Source of the DNA: Cetorhinus maximus
Lineage: Eukaryota
Assembly (NCBI RefSeq): GCF_964194155.1
Contig: NC_135888.1
Coordinates: 50,344,001-50,408,000, forward strand
Direction: 5' to 3'
DNA length: 64,000 nt
The notes under the pieces are model-generated. The model did no database searches and had not been told where the DNA came from. It saw only the letters and a program-made list of their open reading frames with translations. Positions within the stretch are counted from its first letter, which is position 1. Each line of letters starts with the position of its first letter. Shown in pieces: positions 47,980-60,745 of this stretch. The position numbers and the translations under genes are program-made.

Positions 47980-48900
47980 AAAGTTTGCGGATGATACGAA
48001 GCTTGGGAGTGTTGTGAACTGTGAGGAGGACGGTGTGGAACTTCAAGAGGACATAGACAAGTTGGTGGAGTGGGCAGTTAGATGGGAGATGAAGTTCAAT
48101 TGGGAGAAGTGTGAGGTGATGCATTTTGGTAGGAAGAACACGGACAGACAATAAAAAATAAGGGGTGAAATTTTGAAGGGGATGCAGGAGCAGACAGACT
48201 TGGGTGTATATGTGCATAGATCATTGAAGGTGGCAGGATGGGTGGAGAGAGCAGTTAATTAAGCATATAGTGTCTTGGGCTTTATTAATAGGAGCATAGT
48301 GTACAAGATCAAGGAGGTTATGCTGAATTTATATAAGACTCTCGTTAGACCTCAGCTGGAATATTGTGTACAGTTCTGGGCACCATAACTATAGGAAGGA
48401 TGTGAACACATTGGAGAGAGTGCAGAAGAGGTTTACAAGAATTGTTCCAGGGATGAGAAACTTCAGTTATGAGGATAGATTGGAGAGGTTGGGACTGTTC
48501 TCCTTGGAGAGAAGGCGGCTGAGAGGAGGTTTGATAGAGATGTCCAAAATCATGAGGGAGCTGGAGAGAGTAGATAGGGACAAGCTGTTCCCAATAGTAA
48601 AAGGATCAAGAACGAGAGGGCACAGTGATTTTCAAAAGAAGCAAGCGTGACGTGAGAAAAATCTTTTTCACACAATGAGCGATTCAGGTCTGGAATGCAC
48701 TGCCTGGAAGTGTGGTGGAGGCAGGTTCAATCGAGGCACTCAAGAGGACTTTGTTTTTATTCAAATAATCATCTAATGTGAAGGGTACAGGGAAAAGGCA
48801 GGGCAATTATCACGAGGTCATAATGCTCATTTGGAGAGCCAGTGCAGAAACAATGGGCCGAATGGCCACCTCTTGTGCCGTTAAAATTCTGTGATTTTGT
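47980..48900 (+). mobile_element. CR1 3' fragment
   Basis: KFADDTKLG; YRKDVNTLERVQKRFTR; LGLFSLERRRLRG. Confidence 0.87.
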
Positions 48901-49916
48901 CTAGGCTGATAAGGGAAGAGTGGCCAGCGGAGAAGGCGAACATTGATATCAATGGAGCTTCGGGGCAGGAAGGACCATAATTGTAATACGTAATCTGGGT
49001 GATAATGTGTTTGCAATAAAGTGTTTCTGTCATTCTTCATGCACGGGTCTGTAATACAATTAATAACTTTAGTGTTATTACTTGAACTGATCATAGAATC
49101 ATTTTATCCGAAGGAGCTTATTCAGCTGAGGTTTAGTTGGATTGTTCGAGTTTGATCTGTCTGTCCTGCTGGTCTGAGATTGATTTTCATTTCTGCCCCC
49201 AGTTCCTTGTTTTAAAAAAAAGTCAGGGCCACAGAAAACAAGAATGGGACCCCAAATACAGTCATTGTAATTCAGATAAAAAGATTTGATGTGTTTGTGT
49301 TAAATGCATCAATTGTTCTGATGCATCTTCACCAGAGGGTCACTCTGTGTGTGGGCAGTTTCACAGGTTACTCAGAGACTGTCCAGTGATCACAAGATGT
49401 GAAGAAAGCTGTGTGTGAGAGTGACTTGAGCTTGACTGGGGCAGGATGCAGCTGGGTTCAGGTAAGTGGAAAGTTAGGGTACAATGATCTTTCACCCCTC
49501 ACTTCAGCTTATCTTGAAGTAAAGGTCAGGAGGAAAGCTTTGTTCTGGGGAAGTGGACGACATGGACAAGGCCACATTTATTGTTCATTTCTATTTGCCC
49601 TGAGGGCATTAAGAGTCAGGCGCGCAGTATGAGACTGGAGTTACATGTAAGCCAGACTGGCTAAGTGTGCCCTTTCCTGAAGGACATAAGTGAAGCAGTT
49701 GAGATTTTACATGAGTCCAGTTCCTTCCTTACTAGATGTTTCGGTGTGAAATGAGTTCAATTTAATTTAATAGACATGATCTTATAGCATGAAACTTACA
49801 GTAAATCATCTGTGAGAAGTCACAGGAAGGGCAGGTTTGGGAAATATGAAATGTTACACTGCAGGGTTAAACTTCTGAGGTTTGGGTTATTATTCAGAAA
49901 AGATTCTCACTATGTA

Positions 49917-50488
49917 AATATGTGAACTATTCACAGGCAAGGTACAGACTGTAACCAACCAGCCCGTGCTTGCAAAACTCAAAACAATGTTCAGCATTGA
50001 TGTGATTCTGCAATTGGACAACATTGGCCAAATAATCCTCAATGTGCTAAGAATTACCCCGACAACTAATTTAAGATTGTCAGTCGGGCTCGCAGTGTGG
50101 CGCATTTGCCTGTACTGGAAGCTACATATATCAATACACAAGGCCCTGTTCTTTGCAGGCAGAAAGAATATGTACACATATTGTGCCTGTTTCAGCTAAA
50201 CAAAATAAGTGACAGCCATTTGATGGTTCACTCCTCAGGGCAATGCCTTGACAAATCAGAGTAAAGCTATCTGATTTAAATTTCAAACAGTGCTTGGCAG
50301 TTTACTGTCAGTCATCGACTGGTGCATTCTCCATGGCAACACCTCTATCAATCAGAGCCCAATTGTTAACCAATCAGCGTTCTCTCCTTGTACAGTATAA
50401 ATTGTTCCCTTTACATTTGGTATTCTTGTGATTTGTGCGGATGAGTGCAAGACGAAAAGCTTTGAGAAAAAATTACTTTTTTTCAGTA
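49917..50488 (+). mobile_element. Second Penelope-like family, 3' fragment with 14-bp TSD
   Basis: TSD ATTCTCACTATGTA (49903-49916, 50489-50502); SAIGQH..NPQCA..FKIVSRARS..LEATYI..PVLCRQKE GIY-YIG C-terminus; CCAAT and TATAAA; decayed hammerhead at 50433-50468. Confidence 0.8.
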
Positions 50489-51246
50489 ATTCTCACTATG
50501 TACCTAATCTTAAATATTTGATAAAATAGAAAATGCTGGAAATACTCAGCAAGACTGGCAGCCTCTGCGGAGAGAGAAGCAGAATTATTGTTTTGAGTCA
50601 ATATGACGCTTAAATATTTGATGCTGGAACTGGCCCAGGTCAGTATTTGGTACAGATATTATAGTTTTAACTCTTCAAAAGTGCAGAAGTGCACTGCTCT
50701 CTCTCTTTCATCCTGGCTGCTGCAGCAGGACCTTTTTCAATCCTGCTGTGCCTGTGGGGTCTCTATTTTGAGCAGCTTGAGACTAGTGTCCTGTCACTTT
50801 AGCTAATGTGTAAAACCCTGGCATCCTGATGTTAGCTGGAACTGACCTGGAGACTACAACTCTGAATCACCACACACCATTTGACATTATGATATCACTG
50901 CCTGGCAATGGCATGCTACCCCCAAGAGGGCCCATGCCAGTTGTGGAGATCTTGTTAAAGATAGTGCCAATCTTGAAATATTACCCCTTACTTTTCAGGT
51001 GGGGTAAGCTGCACAATACTAGCAACCTGTCAACACGAGTTAATTTAAAACGAACACTTGACTGCAGTCACTGTGCAAGTTTGGAGGGCCAGGATTTGGT
51101 TCCAAGTAGACACAGTATTAAACTTTCAGGCACGCAGCTCCATTTTGTGATCCCCATGAGAGTTCTGTAAGGGGCTGTATGTCTTTGCTGCCCCATGTGT
51201 GTGCCATGTGTAGTTGTTTATAAATTCTTCAATTGATTTTTCCCAG

Positions 51247-51675
51247 GCTGAGAAGGAGAAATTAATTGAGCATGAGAACCAGTGTGTAGTGGACCACTTG
51301 CAGATGATGCTCCAACATGTTATGGGAATAAGGACTGCAGTGGAAAGCTTGCAACCCCTGAACCTGCAGCAGGCCAATGTTAAAGTAAACCAGCTGTTTA
51401 CATCAGTTCGAGAAATGGAGGAGACACTTGGACCATTCCGGTCGATCTCTCTCAGACAGGGCTGCTCCTCCCCTGAAGACCTGGGGAAACCCTCGCTGTT
51501 GGAAAAATTAGAAGATGTGCAAAAGCGGTGTGTAACTCTTAAACACAAAGCTGAAACATTCGAAAACATTGTTTGTGTTCTCAATCGTGAAGTGGAGCGA
51601 GCCTCTGTGAGCATGACAGCTTACGAACAGCAGCACAAACTGGACCAGGAGAAGATTGAAGCCTTACAAACAAAG
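51247..51675 (+). CDS. TRAF2: TRAF2(-like) coiled-coil (TRAF-N) exon, 143 aa
   Basis: tcccag| and |gtaggt, phase 0; TFENIVCVLNREVER cIAP-binding segment; HKLDQEKIEAL. Confidence 0.96.
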
Positions 51676-52109
51676 GTAGGTAAACTGGCACAGCCCTGCC
51701 TGGAAAAGCCAGGCTGAGAGCAGTCTGCAGGCTTACCAGGTGTAGAAGGATTCATGCCTCAGTGAATTGCCCCCCTGTGCCTCCCGCTGCTGCAGTGTGG
51801 TGCTGCAGACTGTCTCTACCCTCCAGCTTTTCGCACAAGGGACCATCGCTCCATTGTGCACTTTGGAAGCTTGTGACCGCAGCTGCTCAAAGGTCATCTT
51901 CTGGCACTGAAAAGAGAATGTATAACATGACAGAGCAGGGTCCATTGAGTGAATAGCTGAACTCTGCACCTGTTTCACCATGGATGCACCACACTGTACA
52001 GTACATGATCCTGAAATTGTCTCTGCAGCCCCGAGAAGGAATCATCTCTCCCTTTCCAATATCTAGCTGGTGGGTACATGTCTGTCACTGTATAAAACCC
52101 ACCAAATGA

Positions 52110-53000
52110 ACATACAAATTAGGAGCAGGAGTAGGCTATTTGACCCCTTGGGCCTGCTCCGCCATTCAATAAGACCATGGCTGATCTGATTGTGGCCTCA
52201 ACTCCACATTATGCCTACCCCTGATAATCTATGACCCCCTTCTTAGTCAAGAATCTATTTACCTTTACCTTAAAAATATTCATTGACCCAGCCTCCACCA
52301 CTCTCCAGGGAAGAGAATTCCACTGACTGACAACCCTCTGAGAGAAAAAATTCTTCTCATCTCCTTAAATGGGACACTCCTTTTTAAACTGTTTCCCCTA
52401 GTTCCAGTCTCTCTGATAAGGCAAAACATCCTTTCAGCATCCACCCTATCAAGTCCCTTCAGGATCGGATGTGTTTCAATAAGATCACTTCTCATTCTTC
52501 TAAATTCTAGTGGGTACAGGCCCAACCTGCTCAACCTTTCCTCTTAAGATAACCCCTTCATCCCAGGTATCAGTCATGTGAACTTTCTCTGAACTGCTAA
52601 TGCAATTATATTCTTTTCTAAATAAGGAGGCCAAAACTATACACAGTACTCCAGATGTGAACTCACCCAAGGCCCTGTTCAACTGCAGTAAAATATGCCT
52701 ACTTCTATATTCCATTCCCTTTACAATAAACAACAATTCACCTGCCTTCCTAATCACTTGCTGTACCTGCATACTAACCTTTTGTGATTCATGTACCAGG
52801 ACACCCAGATCCCTCTGTACCGCAGAATTCTGCAATCTTTCTCCATTTAAATAATATTCCGTTCTTCCTGCAAGTGAACAAGTTCACTTTTTCCCATGTA
52901 ATATTCCACCTGCCAAACTTTTGCCCACTCATTTAAACTATCTATATCCCTTTGCAGACTCCTTATATCCTCTTCACAACTTACTTTCCTATCCATCTTT
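52110..53000 (-). mobile_element. CR1 3' fragment
   Basis: QRDLGVLVHESQKVSMQVQQ; LEFRRMRSDLIE. Confidence 0.87.
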
Positions 53001-53009
53001 ATGTCAGGA

Positions 53010-53165
53010 CTGCACCAGTCCTGTACCCCAGTGTTATACAATGACAGATCTGTCCCCACCAGTACTGTGCCCAGTGTTATACAATGACAGATCTGTCCCC
53101 ACCAGTACTGTGCCCGGTGTTATACAGACCTGTTCCCACCACACCTGTATTCCAGTGTTATACAG
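53010..53165. repeat. Short tandem repeat of about 43 bp (3-4 degenerate copies)
   Basis: CCAGTGTTATACAATGACAGATCTGTCCCCACCAGTACTGTGC. Confidence 0.8.
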
Positions 53166-53368
53166 CTCAGAATACATTCTCCTTGCAAATTTTGAAGTAC
53201 GTGATCTAGAAACGTGTCCTGTATTTGTATCTGACTGTTACTGGCTGTATAAAGTTCTCCCGCTGAACCCTAGTGCCAACTTTGGACCATTTTTGACTCT
53301 GGTCATTTTTAGTAATGCCATTTACCTGGCCGTGCCTGCCCATTTTTAATCTTGTTGCTGTGTCCCAG

Positions 53369-53546
53369 GTGCGTCAGATGGAGCGTGCCACAGCACTGAA
53401 GGACCTGGCCATAGCGGAGCTGGAGCTAAAGTTTCAGGCATTCGAATACAGTACTGATAATGGAATCTTTATTTGGAAAATATCTGATTTCAGTAGAAGA
53501 CGGCAGGATGCTAAATCCCAGCGATCACCCGCCATATTCTCCCCAG
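53369..53546 (+). CDS. TRAF2: TRAF2(-like) exon, end of coiled coil and start of MATH domain
   Basis: 178 nt, tcccag| and |gttagt; VRQMER..LKDLAIAELE..GIFIWKISDF..PAIFSP. Confidence 0.97.
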
Positions 53547-54344
53547 GTTAGTCCCACATTACTCATATTGGATTCTTCTCAATATGGACAACCATAATGT
53601 GAGGGAAGGTGTGTGCATTAAATAATTTCAGTCAGAATATCTTTATTCACGGTATCAGAGAGGACCTCCCAACTGGAAAATGAAGGCTGAAATCCCAACC
53701 TTCCAAATGCAAATATATTAGAAATGGGGAAATGCCGCAGGAGCAGGATTCACAAGAGACATGACTGGGAGCTGTAACGGGAGGGCATTATTTCAATTAC
53801 ACGGGAACCACTGTAGGTCACACTTCAAAGCGAAACCTATGCTCAGGAATTTGATTATAGTGGAGGGAGGGTGCTTGCTGCCGCCCCCACACTCCTGACT
53901 GCTTTTGCATGTTCCCAGAGGTGAGGAGAATCCAGGATGTCGCAGTAACTTGGCAACTGCAGCAGATGACTGGTACAGGTTGTTTCTCTACTTTTGCCCT
54001 TTACTGGTGTCCACATTGCGTTAACGTTTTGCTGTATCTGCCAAAAGTACCAAATACCAGTGAGTGTTGCCTTTATGCCAAAATAAACTTTTTTTCACTC
54101 TTCCAAAATCTGTCCCTCCCTAACAGGCTCACCGCAAGAAGGGGTGGATAGGACTTGAAGTGAGAGGCTGTAGATCCTTTTTTGCTAATGAGGCATTGAC
54201 TCAAACCCGGCTGGTAAATAAGATCAGAGTCTCCTCACAACTTTTAGGTACCCACCAACCAGTAGAACTGCACATGATCTTGTGTCTCAGCAGCCTGGCA
54301 GTTACGCCCTTGCAGTAACATCCTGTCTGAATATTATTGCTGCT

Positions 54345-54745
54345 CATCCTACTGATCCCCACTTGCCTGGATGAGTGCAGCTCCAACAACATTCAAGAAA
54401 CTTGACACCATCCAGGACAAAGCAGCCCACTTGACTGGCACCCCTTCCACAAACATTCAATCCCTTCACCACCAACGCACAGTGGCAGCACTCGCCAAGG
54501 CTCCTTAGACAGCACCTTCCAAATCCACGACCACTACCATCTAGAAGGACAAGGACAGCAGATAGATAGGAACATCACCACCTGGAAATTACCCTCCAAG
54601 CCACTCACCCCCCTGACTTGGAAATATATCGCTGTTCCTTCACTGTCGCTGGGTCAAAATCCTGGAACTCCCTCCTTAACAGCACTGTGGGTGTACCTAC
54701 ACCACATGGACTGCAGCGGTTCAAGGGCAATTAGGGATGGGCTAA
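54345..54745 (+). mobile_element. Crack/L2-like LINE 3' fragment
   Basis: KKLDTIQDKAA and the same 3' UTR as 9247-9590. Confidence 0.78.
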
Positions 54746-55569
54746 ACGGTGGCCTTCAGGTGGTTGCCAGTAAATGAATAGCCCCACGTCCCCACTCAAG
54801 CCTTGGTAACTCTCTGCACATTTGGCTCCCCACTCACCCAGATGGTGACCCTCTGCTCTTTGCCCTCCTTCCTCCTTGCGTGCCCCACTGTAACCCTCCT
54901 TTCTGAATATTGTGACTTAGAAATAACATTCAGAATTGTATTTGGGTTCCACTGCCCCTTGGCTCTATAATTGATTCTGTGCTGAACAGCAGCAGATCAT
55001 TGATAGAGAGAAAGCAATCCCACTCCTGACCCTGATTAAGAAGCCAGAAAGCAGAACTTTTCTCCCTTAAGGTATCTCATCTGTACCAATCACCTCCTTC
55101 AGCAGCTGGCAGACTTTCTGTATATTCCTGGATTTTAGTAATGTCTAAGAAAGTGGTGAAGTTTTGGGAAGGGAGAGTCAGATACCTCTCTAGTTGTCCA
55201 AGCTCCACAACAGCTCCAATATCACTCATCCCAGGACTCGTACAGCACGGGGTTATATACAGAGTAAAGCTCCCCCTACACTGTCCCCATCAAACACTCC
55301 TAGGACAGGTACAGCACGGGGTTAGATACAGAGTAAAGCTCCCTCTACACTGTCCCCATCAAACACTTACCATCAGGAAGAACTTTATCTTTATTCAGTC
55401 CAACACCATTCCTTTTTCTTTGACACCATAGGAACAGGGGATTCCATTTATGCCGGTGAACTAGAAGTTGGTTAATCTGCGGTTCAAGAACATGTCACAA
55501 GTACCTTTACCCAACAAAAGCTATTGATATCAGTCATGACTGCTCTTGTTTTCTCATCAGGTGCTTATG

Positions 55570-56220
55570 TAATTCACTTCTGAAACCCACAATTGAATCT
55601 GCCTCCAGATACTCTGTCAGTGCATCCCAGATCCTAACCCCTGGCTCTGTCTCATACTTTGGTTCATCTTGCCCTTACTCCAATACTCCAGTCAAGGCTG
55701 AACCAGTTATAAAGATTTAAAGTATTATAAAGATTTATCATAACTTCCTTGCTTTTGTACTCTATGACTCTATTATAAAGCCAAGGATCCCATATGTCTT
55801 TTTAACTATTTTCTCAACCTGTCCTGTCCTTCAATGATTTGTGCACATATACTGCCAGGTCCCTCTGCTCCTGCACGCCCTTTATTTTGTATTGTTTTAT
55901 GTTGCCTCTCCTCATTCCTCCTACTAAAATCAATCACTTCATATTACATTGCATTAAATTTCATCTGTCATTTGTCTGACCATTCCAACAACTTGTCCAT
56001 GTTCTCTTGAGGTCCATCACTATCCTCCTCACAGTTCACAATATTTACAAGTTTTGTGTAAATTTGATCCAAGTCTAAGTCATTAAAATAGACCAAGGAA
56101 AGCAGTAGTCCTAGTCCTTACCCCTGGGGAATCACATTGTATTCCTTCCTCCAGTTCATAAAACAACCATTCAGCACTACTGTACGTTCTGTTTTCTGTC
56201 ACTCAGGCAACTTCATAACC
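55570..56220 (-). mobile_element. Degenerate CR1 fragment
   Basis: IEYKSKEVMINLY and upstream RT-region similarity to the other CR1 copies. Confidence 0.75.
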
Positions 56221-56353
56221 TCGCTTTAATGTAATGAAATGTACAATACCTTAGGGGTGTGAGATGTAATTGGCTGCCTTGTATTGTTCACTTTATTGTC
56301 TCTCTGCCTGGATTTCCAGTCCCATACTAACGGCTTTGTTTTTAACTGTTCAG

Positions 56354-56502
56354 CTTTCTACACCAGCAAATATGGGTACAAGATGTGCCTGCGTGTCTAT
56401 CTGAATGGTGATGGTGTGGGCCGTGGAACTCACATGTCTCTCTTCTTTGTCATTATGAAGGGAAACTACGATAGTTTGCTAAAGTGGCCTTTCAAGCAAA
56501 AG
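56354..56502 (+). CDS. TRAF2: TRAF2(-like) MATH exon
   Basis: 149 nt, ttcag| and |gtgggt; [27 protein letters not shown]. Confidence 0.98.
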
Positions 56503-56719
56503 GTGGGTTTGCCTTCTCACTCCCCAGTGTGTGGGGAGCCCTAGCTGCAGGTAGTTGTTGTGGAGGTTTCTGTCAAGTTAAAGGCATTTGTATGCTGCAT
56601 GCAGGTTCAGGTGGGTTTGGTGTCATGCTCATGGTCACAGTATTGCTAAACCAGATATAGTGGGGTAGCTGCAGTCTGTCAGCGGTGACGAGGGAGGGAA
56701 TGGACTACTACCAGCAGTG

Positions 56720-57228
56720 GGGCCGGGGAGGGAATGCATTCGTTATCGGCGGTGGGGGAGGGAATGCAGTCAGTTATTTATGGGGCGGTGGGGGAGGGGA
56801 TGCAGTCGGATATTGGTGGTGGGGGAGGGGATGCGGTCGGTTATCGGCGGTGGGGGAGGGAACACGGTCGGTTATCGGCGGTGAGGCAGGGAATGCAGTT
56901 GGTTATCGGTGGTGGGGGAGGGAATGCAGTCGGTTATCGGCGGTGGGGGAGGGAACGCGGTCGGTTATCGGCGATGGGGGAGGGAACGCGGTGGGTTATC
57001 GGCGGTGGGGGAGGGAACGCGGTCGGTTATCGGCGGTGGGGGAGGGAACGCGGTCGGTTATCGGCGGTGAGGGAGGGAACGCGGTCGGTTATCGGCGGTG
57101 GGGGAGGGAACGTGGTCGGTTATCGGCGGTGGGGGAGGCAGCGCGGTCGGTTATCGGCGGTGGGGGAGGGAACGCGGTCGGTTATCGGCGGTGAGGATGG
57201 GAACGCGGTCGGTTATCGGCGGTGAGGG
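56720..57228. repeat. 31-bp G-rich minisatellite, about 16 copies
   Basis: GGGAACGCGGTCGGTTATCGGCGGTGGGGGA. Confidence 0.95.
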
Positions 57229-57476
57229 AGATTTGCTGGTCACAGGTGTGGTGGGGGAATTCTATCAATATTCATCCCTCAACTAACATCATAAAAGATC
57301 ACATTATCTGGTCATTCTCCGTATTTATGGGATGTTGCTGTGCAGTACTTGGCTGCTGCATTTCCGCAAACAGTGACTACACTTCAGAATAATCTCGGTG
57401 GCTGTGAGCTGTTTTAGGCTGTGCAGTATATAAATACAAGTTTGCTCTTTCGTTTTGGTCTCACCTTTCCCCTCAG

Positions 57477-57695
57477 GTAACTCTGATGCTGATGGACCAG
57501 ACTAACCGTGAGCACGTCATTGATGCGTTCAGACCAGACATCAGTTCCTCATCGTTCCAGAGACCAGTCACTGAGATGAACATTGCCAGTGGGTGCCCGC
57601 TGTTCTGTCCACTTAACAAACTGGACAGCAAGAATAATTACTCACGTGAAGACAACATTTTCATCAAAGCCATTGTGGACTTAACTGACCTGTAA
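57477..57695 (+). CDS. TRAF2: TRAF2(-like) last coding exon
   Basis: cctcag|; VTLMLMDQTNREHVIDAFRPD..SSSFQRP..MNIASGCPLFCP..IFIKAIVDLTDL*. Confidence 0.98.
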   Translation, partial: VTLMLMDQTNREHVIDAFRPDISSSSFQRPVTEMNIASGCPLFCPLNKLDSKNNYSREDNIFIKAIVDLTDL

Positions 57696-59199
57696 CCAAC
57701 CTTTTTATCAGCCACAGTAATGTTAAAGGCCCTGAGCTGTTGGCCACTAATTTGTTGTTGCATTGTGCAATGTCCCACTGGAACTGGACTGCTGGTTGCT
57801 GTGAGCGTCAGTAGTCTGTGCACTAAACAGATGAGTGAAAAGCCCATAATGCAGTTTGCGCTGTTTCCGGTTTGTGTTTTCCTGCAGACAGGAAGTTCCA
57901 TTGCACTCAGTGTATAATGAGTTTCTTGGTAAATGCACAGTGGCAGTGGTAGAAACATCTTGTTGGCCCACAGAGTGTGGCCATGACCACAGACTGTGTT
58001 TGTAAAGGGAGTGCCTCCCTGCAGTAGAATAGCTTGAGATAAGGCACAGTGGATGTACCCATCTCTCCTTTTCCCCTGGCTGAGATAATCCAGAATCAGT
58101 GGCACAGCACACCCGCTAAAACTGAGTTGAACAGGGGTCAGGTGGCCTGTCACTTGAATCAACTTGAGCTGGGCTGGGTGAGCTTTGTCAGCTGGGCCAA
58201 TGGGAGCGAGAAGTTCCTGGGGGGAGAGGAAGAGCAGCTGTTATTGTCTTCCCTGTCCCCAACTCTCCAGCCACAGAGTGAGCTGCAGAGTTACCCTGGA
58301 AGAGACCACAGTCCCTGCAGTGATGGACTCCTCTGTCATGCCACATATAATGTGCTGCTTCCAACTTGGCACCAAAGAAACCTTAAACTGTTTAAGGTGT
58401 GCTGCATGTTAACTCAGCACAGAGTACTCACAGTGACAGCAACCAGCCGCATGGTTCCTCCATAGTCTGCAACAACTTCCCTCTTTTCTGTCAGCATCTA
58501 CTCCACCCTGCCAGTGCCTGTTGGTAATCAGGTGATATTCTCAAACCCTGAGCCTTGAACTCCCCTTCCACTGCTTGGCTGCTTCCGTGGAGGTTTACTC
58601 AGCTTTGGCAGTGGTGTGTACCGTGGAGGTGACACACTCCAAAAGCCCAAAACCCATTCAATCACACCCAGCGTGGACCCTGTTAGAAATTAGAAGTTTG
58701 GGTCAGCAGTGTTCAGGGTCTCTGAAACAGGACATTGTGGAGTGTTGGTTGTGTTTATTTACCCTATGTATAATAATGACCTCTCATTATTTTATAAGCA
58801 ATGTATAATAATTTATAAGTTTTACACAGTAGTAGTTTCTAGCAGAGATGAGGTGGATGCTGAGGAGTTCTGAGGTGGTTTCTAATGTTTCTGGGTGGCC
58901 CAGGACCTCAGCCTGGAAGAGTTTCACCAGAATAACAGACCTCAGTGCTCCATGCAGAGTTCAAACTAGTGACGGGCAGCGGGGGAAGGGGGAGTGCCTC
59001 TTCAGCCCTGTCCAGTGGAGAAAGAAGATATTGGGACCAGGTGTTCTGGGGCCTCTCTTTACTTCTATCCTGCAGTTATAGAGCATAAACATTATTTATG
59101 GTAAGAATGGAGTAAGTTTCGACTGTGGCCCTGTTCATTGTTGCTGTCTTGTTTGTGGTTGTGTGCTGCTATTGGCTGATACATGCTGAATGTGCTATT

Positions 59200-59289
59200 T
59201 GTCAGAGTGCACGCTGTCAGGTATCTTTATGTCAGAGTGCACGCTGTCAGGTATCTTTATGTCAGAGTGCACGCTGTCAGGTATCTTTA
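59200..59289. repeat. Perfect 30-bp repeat, 3 copies, in the presumed TRAF2 3' UTR
   Basis: TGTCAGAGTGCACGCTGTCAGGTATCTTTA x3. Confidence 0.95.
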
Positions 59290-59374
59290 GTTATAGGTAG
59301 AGAGATTGGTGAATGGCAGATACTGGGTAAGAATTATTTAGAGATTCTGGGAGACTCATCTTTATAAAATATAA

Positions 59375-59685
59375 TTATAGAAAGTTAAGGGCACAGAAGG
59401 AGGCCACTTGGCCCTTCGTGTCTGCGCCGGACGAGAAATGAGTCACTCAGCCTCATCCCACTTTCCAACATTTGGTCCGTAGCCCTGCAGGTGATGACAT
59501 TTGAGGTCCATATCCAGACACCTTTTAAATGAGCTGAGGGTTTCTGCCTCTACTATCCTTTCAGGCAGTGAGTTCCAGACCCCCACAACCCTCTGGGTGA
59601 AAAAACTTCCTCATCTACCCTCAAATCTTTCTCCCAATCACTCTAAATCTGTTCCTCCTAGTCACTGACCTTAGTGAGAAAAAAG
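59375..59685 (-). mobile_element. CR1 3' end fragment
   Basis: Same 3' UTR and RKFFTQRVV segment as 62220-62540. Confidence 0.75.
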
Positions 59686-60739
59686 GACATCCCTCAATGA
59701 CCATAATTCCATCATGTTTAATTGGGAAACCATTCAGAATTTCCCATTGGGTGGGATGTTCCTTTTTCGACTGGCTATGTCCACTGAAACTCACTGGGTG
59801 ACCTAAGAACTTGGGCAAAGTGTTATGAATCTGCTCTCCTTGAAGGTTCAGACCTTGAGAGGGTGGTTGCTCTGTTGGGAAGAATTACCTTATGAACGGG
59901 ACTGATTTCCCAGAGGCCAGGCAATGGTTTGGTCAGTTTTGTAAGCAGACTGCCATTGTTCTGTCTGTCTTGGTGTGAGGGATTGATGTATGACTGACCA
60001 CACCCCCCAACCAAAGATAGCTGCTTCCTAAGTGTTCAGCTAGACAGATTGCTGACCCAAGCTTCTGATTTGGCATCAGCTGCACCGAATTTTACTGTTT
60101 GCGGGCATTCACAAGGGTGATGTTATGTTTTCTGCTCTGTTGTAGATACAGGGGCACAAATAGCTGAGGGAAAGTTGTGTTTAGTGTGAAGTTTTACTTT
60201 GATTCCTGCCATTATTGATGGAAAATTTAATTAATTGAGGGGCGACAAGGGGATCTGCAGATTTTTGGCCTGGAATGTGACCATGGAAAAACTTTGATTT
60301 TTACAGAGAGTATGTGGAAATGTTTAAACTTGCAGAGCAGCATGTTTACGAGTTTCTGGACTTTTCAGGGAAGTGATGGAATATGCACTGGAATCAGCTC
60401 AGTGCCACTCTCTCTGCTATTTTGTGATTGTTATAATCAGTGGTTTCTGTACAAAAGAGGTGAAAAAAGAGCTGAACGGTCCCAGTCATTGGATCAGAAA
60501 TCAGTGGTGAGGGCAGTTGGTGAGTAAAGATTAAGATGGGGAACACAGCAGAGTTTAATGGAGTCCCATGTAGGAGTAACGAGAGTTTATGTTCGGTGTG
60601 TGATTTTTCAGCTGTGCTACCCAGTTTCGAGGAACCTGTGAATGTGCAGCACACGTTCTTGAGGCTGCATACTGGAGCTGGGAAATGACTGCATCAAAGC
60701 TGGTGTCTGTTCTGAGCTGCTTATTAAAATACAATTACC

Positions 60740-60745
60740 AATAAA
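60740..60745 (+). terminator. Candidate TRAF2 polyadenylation signal
   Basis: AATAAA preceded by ATTAAA at 60723; about 3 kb after the stop codon. Confidence 0.4.

Noticed and set aside
57471-57482. CAG|GTAACT as a recursive splice site
   Set aside because: Explained by the Val-Thr codons that begin the last TRAF2 exon.
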